From: Eledone cirrhosa
Lineage: Eukaryota
Assembly (NCBI GenBank): GCA_964016885.1
Contig: OZ024743.1
Location: 97,340,001 to 97,404,000, forward strand
Reading direction: 5' to 3'
DNA length: 64,000 nucleotides
A model generated the notes under the pieces. The model was not told the DNA's origin and searched no databases. It was given only the letters and a program-made list of their open reading frames with translations. A program made the position numbers and the translations under genes. Of the stretch, positions 57,005-64,000 are shown in pieces. The stretch's first letter is position 1. Every line of letters begins with the position of its first letter.

Positions 57005-57427
57005 TATATATATATATATAGATAGATAGATAGATATATATATATATATAAACATATTGGGAGAGAGAAAGAGTGAGATAAAGAGAAAGAGTGAGAGAGA
57101 GAGAAACACTCACAAAATTACTAACACGTAACAAGTACATGCACACATACAAAAATATTCATATACACTGTGCATGTCTCGTGCATGTTTATCACGCTTA
57201 AACATCTACCTAAACGCATAGAATTGTCCATAAATGTATGTAAATGCACAGATGAATGCATGATGACAAAATATATTCACAGACATACACTAATGCATGA
57301 ACAGAAAGTCTACATCCAGGCATGCAACTGAGAATATTAGGAATTGTTTTACAAATGTTGAAATGATCCAAACCTCTCTCCTTATAGATATTTTGTTAAA
57401 AAAATGTATGAATTACAATGTATGTAA

Positions 57428-58423
<996 letters not shown>

Positions 58424-58698
58424 TTGTGTGTGTGTGTGTAAAATCAATATAAATTTGGCTACCGATAAATATGATACACAAAATTAGTATTTAACAATAA
58501 TTTAATGATTGTTGGCTCTTGTCCAAAATATAAACTGAATGGATAAATTTTAAAGGTTGTTGTTGGAGACATTTAAAAGTCGTTAATTTTTTTAAAAGGG
58601 TATGTGGCATACACAATTGCGTAATTATGAAAAAAGTTATTATATATATATAAGAATTTAGTATATATATACACATAGTACACTCTCCCCCATCTATA

Positions 58699-58765
<67 letters not shown>

Positions 58766-59170
58766 TATATATTTACATATAATACAAATATATATGTGTG
58801 TGTATCTAAAACATATATACATATATCTATACACACACACACATATATGAATATATGAAAATTTCAGGACCACGCCGGCTGAGTTCTTGCTGTTTCAATA
58901 TATATATCTATATACGTCTGTATGTACAGATTAGGCGTAGACCTTTGTACCCAGGCGGATTTGTGTGTACTAAAATAGGAGGATACTGACTGTTTCAATT
59001 GATGAAATTGTGAGTATTATAACGTTTTCATATGTTAAGCTGTCGATACAATAATTAGATTGTTTCATAGATTATGTTTCTGGCTAGGAAAGTTGTCTAT
59101 GAAGGAGTTTGTTGAGCAAATTGCAAACAATGAAATTGAAATCACAGGCTATCGATTTAAACCCTTATTA

Positions 59171-59287
<117 letters not shown>

Positions 59288-60190
59288 GGATGCCCCCAAA
59301 AATGTTTACATCTTCTTATTAGAAGGTTGTTGAAGTTTTTTGTCATATTTTTGGGACACCCTGTATTTTAAAAATGAATAATTAAATATATGATTCAGTA
59401 CATGATGAGGTCAATGCATGAATTCATTAATAAAATGACTTCCATATTCAAATAAATTTTAGAAATATATCTGTAAATATATATATCTATATATATATTA
59501 CATGAAACAGAAATTAAAGATTATATAATAACATTAAAGAGTAAAATGTATTATGACTAAACATAAAAGTATTATATCCATGAAATATTGGAATGCCAAT
59601 ATATTATAATAATTATGAATAACTAATTCATGGCATACTTTTGTGGATATATGGCCGTATAAACACGGCGAAAATCACGTTTGTCTTATTCAGTTATTCG
59701 GATTGCCGTTTCTCTGAAATATGAAGAAAGGTCTGGATTGTCTGAGATGAACTATTGTATAAAGTTTGTGGATATTGGACTATGTAATCACAGTTAACGT
59801 ATTGTTCTCGTAGTTATATGGGTTTTGTTTACAGAAAACAATTTCAGAGATTAAGTTTTTTTGAAGCAGACATGCCAACTTTTCTGTGGTGCATAGGTTG
59901 CACGTTGGTCGTAAGTGCATGTTATTGCGTGCTATATGGTGCTCCACTTCATATTCAAATTGGCATTAATTTACATTTTATTGAACTATATGAAATTGAA
60001 TAAACTGGGACTGGTCTTTGCGGGAAAATCTGAGAGAGTTCGTATATTTCGCGGCAAGGAATGATCGGCACCTACGAAGGCTTCATTCAAAATAAAATTG
60101 ATGTCCTTAGAGTGCAGCCCCTCATTTATGTTCACAGAATACACACAGGCAAATAGACAGACAGACAGATAGACAGACACACAGATATGC

Positions 60191-60222
<32 letters not shown>

Positions 60223-60388
60223 GTGTATTACTTTGAAAACTTTGATAGGTTTCGGCCAGTTTAGGTTCAGGCCATGTCTAAATTAATACATTAAAGGCAA
60301 CAGCTGGCACATTTATACGTATATAGATATGTATAGATGTACACTCGAATATACACATACGCACACACACATACACACACTAATATAC

Positions 60389-60422
<34 letters not shown>

Positions 60423-60423
60423 A

Positions 60424-60489
<66 letters not shown>

Positions 60490-60503
60490 TATATATATAT
60501 ATA

Positions 60504-60543
<40 letters not shown>

Positions 60544-60565
60544 TATATGTATATGTATATATTCA

Positions 60566-60620
<55 letters not shown>

Positions 60621-60623
<3 letters not shown>

Positions 60624-60755
60624 TGTTCGGATCTAGCTCTCGAAACGGCCGTAGCTCAGGAGTCGGGGCCATACTTTTTCCTATTACCCACTCTACCAGG
60701 TCCACCTGGTGTCTTACCACTCCTTCTTTGTTGTATATATAAATATGTATATACG

Positions 60756-60798
<43 letters not shown>

Positions 60799-60799
60799 T

Positions 60800-60850
<51 letters not shown>

Positions 60851-60885
60851 GTATATGCATGTATGTATATATATATATAAAGTTC

Positions 60886-60916
<31 letters not shown>

Positions 60917-61134
60917 ACAAAGGAATTGTGGTAAGTAACCAGATGGACTTTAACGCATCAGAGTACTAAATTCTTAGGGTAGTAGAGTGGGTAATAGGAA
61001 AAAGTATGACCCCGACGGCAGAGCTCAAGCCGTTTCGACGGCTATTTCTGGACCACAAATAGTCCAGAAATAGAGTCCAGAAATAGCCGTCGAAACGGCT
61101 TGAGCTCTGCCGTCGGGGTCATACTTTTTCCTAT
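60621..61134. mobile_element. Two family A elements: 60621-60733 (+, diverged) and 60916-61134 (-, fold-back)
   Basis: Arms 60994-61053 / 61076-61134; same stem III/GUC motif and same tail as 7226-7413. Confidence 0.8.
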
Positions 61135-61823
61135 ATATATATATAGAAAGAGGGAGGAGAGATGGGGAAGAGATGGGGGAAAGAGGGGGAGTTAGGGAGA
61201 CAGAAAGCAAGGGAGAGAGAGAATTACAAAATGAAAGTTATGGGTGAATGCTGTGCATTCATAAAACCCCTACCATTATGCAAAAATATTAACTTCATAT
61301 GACAATGATATATTAAGGATTGTGTACTCATGCACAGCTACATCCGATGTTTTTACAATGATAAATTATGAGTAGGCAGATATCTTTCATATCTCATTCC
61401 ACAATGAAAATATACTCTCAACGAATAACACCATCTTGACACAATATACCCAACAGAATGTGGTTCCTGTTATACTTCAAATAACATTGGAATTACACTA
61501 AGACTCACAATATCAATTGCTTCTCTTAACATCAAATATTTGATTAACTTGTTGAATGTAGCCAAACATAGAGGAAAATAAAATTAAGCAATATATTTAT
61601 ATATATTATCTATTTGCAAATTGCATTCACACATACATAGACACAAACACACTGACACACACACGTATAATATATATAATATATATATTTCTGTTATATA
61701 TATATTTCTCTCTCTCTCTATATATATATATATGGTGAGAAATGGGCTCCGTCAGGATTAAAAGCCTGAAACCGGAGTATTTCACTATGGCATTCCTACA
61801 AGTCTATCGGTGGTTAAGACCCA

Positions 61824-61929
<106 letters not shown>

Positions 61930-61944
61930 ATGTATGTATGTATG

Positions 61945-61976
<32 letters not shown>

Positions 61977-62274
61977 CTGAATTCTGTAAATCCTGTAACC
62001 TAATAATATATATAACCATATAACCCACTCTCTTGAATGAAATCTGCGGTAATGTATAGTTGCCCGTAATCCGGTCTCCACCGAGAGAACGGACGCTAGG
62101 AATTCACATAAACAAATATACACATACATACTGACATACATACTGACATACATACTGACACCTATCCATCGAATGGTACATAAATACAAACATAGAAATA
62201 TGTATATATACATACTTTTATACCCGAATACGTATATATATATATATACATATATACACGTATATACAAACACG

Positions 62275-62330
<56 letters not shown>

Positions 62331-62333
<3 letters not shown>

Positions 62334-62520
62334 AGTTTATCATGGATTCAATTGGGTGTAACCACAGTAAGTAAGGTACTCATTACATAGCAGAGTATAA
62401 ATATTTAATAAAGAAATGGCTTCTACAGGACTAGAACTGTTTCATTCGGGAGAAATTATCAGGAAGGTCTGATCATTTCTCCCAAATGAAGCAGTTTTAG
62501 TCCTGTATAAGCCATTTCTA

Positions 62521-62522
<2 letters not shown>
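62331..62522 (-). mobile_element. Fold-back element in (TA)n with hammerhead at 62420-62466 (-)
   Basis: Arms 62412-62462 / 62469-62519; CTTC-CTGATAA-TTTC tccc GAAT-GAAA-CAG ttctagtc CTG-TA-GAAG. Confidence 0.7.
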
Positions 62523-62568
<46 letters not shown>

Positions 62569-62978
62569 GTATATATATATATGTATGTATATATATACTG
62601 TATGTATATTTGTACGTGTACATGTAAGTATGTTTGCATGTAAGTATGTTTGCATATATTCATGTATGTATGTATAGATAGATAATAAGAGTGCTACATA
62701 GAAAATAACCAATAACAAAAACGAAAACAAGTAAAGTGATGAGTCAAAACTTGTGTGTAATTAAATATTAATTAAGCATGTTCACAGTGACTTGGAAGAT
62801 TGGCTGGCGGTATGTGATACATCTGTAGTACGGCGGCTGTAATAAGACATCACCGACTATCGAACTTCCAATGAACTTGAACGTCCCTTCATACAAACAA
62901 GCATACATATAGAAACATATATGTGTATATAGACTGTTTATATATATATATATATCACCCTCTCTTTCGTTTTCTCTC

Positions 62979-63058
<80 letters not shown>

Positions 63059-63131
63059 AGTGTATAGAGAGAGAGGGACAAAGAAAGAGCGAGTGATATA
63101 TATATATACATAAATATATATATATATATAT

Positions 63132-63339
63132 AACGGCGATGAATTAGTTTTGCGAGGTTTTTGATATGAAATCGTGTGTCGAAACAAATATTGTTATACC
63201 TGGGGAGGGTCATATTTGTGTAATATTGCCAGAATTAATAACAGAACACACTGGCGAAAACCAACCAAACAGTGAGTGTGTTCTGTTATTAATTCTGGCA
63301 ATATTACACAAATATGACCCTCCCCAAGTATAACAATAT
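63132..63339 (+). mobile_element. Tail-to-tail fold-back element in (TA)n with degenerate hammerhead 63156-63200
   Basis: Arms 63188-63252 / 63275-63339; GGTTT-TTGATAT-GA..TC-GAAA-CAA ata TTG-TT-ATACC. Relatives at 7509-7560 and 1896-1915. Confidence 0.65.
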
Positions 63340-63342
63340 ATA

Positions 63343-63387
<45 letters not shown>

Positions 63388-63413
63388 ATAATAATAAATT
63401 TGAAGACTAAAAT

Positions 63414-63502
<89 letters not shown>

Positions 63503-63548
63503 TAGATAGATAAATATACACGGGTGTGTATGATTGTGTATAGAAGAT

Positions 63549-63909
63549 TATATTAATAAAAGGAATTCCAACTTCGTCTGATTTACTCGTTTTATTTACA
63601 ATCCTTTAAAATTCATAATGGTATTAGAATGAAATAGTATGGTAGAATATTAAATGTTAAGTGTTAATTGAACAAGTACTTTCATGCTTTCGCAATCTTC
63701 AGGTTCACATTGTGTGGTGAAAGTTGAAAATTGCAAACTTGACTGTCACGACACAACATAAACCTGAGGATTGCGAAAGCATGAAAGTACTTGTTCAATT
63801 AACACTTAACATTTAATATTCTACCATACTATCTCTTTCTAATACCATTATAAATTTTAAAGGATTGTAAATAAAACGAGTAAATCAAACAAAGTTGGAA
63901 TTCCTTTTA

Positions 63910-63917
<8 letters not shown>
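63549..63917. mobile_element. Large fold-back element (arms 63549-63720 / 63746-63917) next to (TA)n
   Basis: ~170-bp arms are reverse complements with scattered mismatches; hammerheads on both strands. Confidence 0.8.
63669..63707 (-). ncRNA. Minimal type I hammerhead (mirror copy 63759-63797 on +)
   Basis: TGAAC-CTGAAGA-T TGC gaaa GCA T-GAAA-GTAC-TT-GTTCA. GNRA-capped stem II, palindromic stem III. Confidence 0.8.
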
Positions 63918-63946
<29 letters not shown>

Positions 63947-64000
63947 AAAAATGGAACGGGAACAAAACAAAGAGGCAGTACAAACAAAGGTTTATGAGTT

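Noticed and set aside
59600-60125. Possible Tc1/mariner transposase remnant (YGAPLH resembling DGAPxH)
   Set aside because: A single short motif with no continuous frame or further catalytic motifs.
60245-60282. gtttcggcc...ggccat hammerhead-like antisense motif (similar weak cases at 55470-55500 and 61745-61795)
   Set aside because: Core and stems are too degenerate to support a call.

Overview
AT-rich, microsatellite-saturated eukaryotic DNA, inferred to be molluscan and probably Octopus-like from the tRNA-SINE families and the (TA)n/(CA)n/(TC)n load. It has one 200-N gap. Nearly all ORF-track entries are microsatellite or minisatellite artefacts. Conventional content: one ~2.1-kb coding exon ending in a transmembrane helix (50429-52574); a decayed near-full-length R4/Dong-type (RT + restriction-like endonuclease) LINE plus related fragments clustered at (TAA)n tracts (36.4-45.2 kb); RTE and Tx1/L1 fragments; several tRNA-SINE families; hAT and Tc1/mariner MITEs; and 37-bp and 33-bp minisatellites. 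The main unexplained signal is a set of short ORF-less elements from at least 10 unrelated sequence families, mostly inserted in or against (TA)n tracts. Many are fold-back palindromes with one arm extended by a 3' tail, and most carry a type-I hammerhead ribozyme fold (CUGANGA-stem II-GAAA-stem III-UH), often with a palindromic stem III, U3-A8 covariation or a non-canonical 10.1-11.1 pair. The fold-back axis repeatedly falls in or just 5' of the ribozyme. These look like microsatellite-targeted Penelope-like (PLE) pseudo-LTR remnants or non-autonomous retrozyme-like elements. All folds were derived by eye; none is computationally or experimentally validated.
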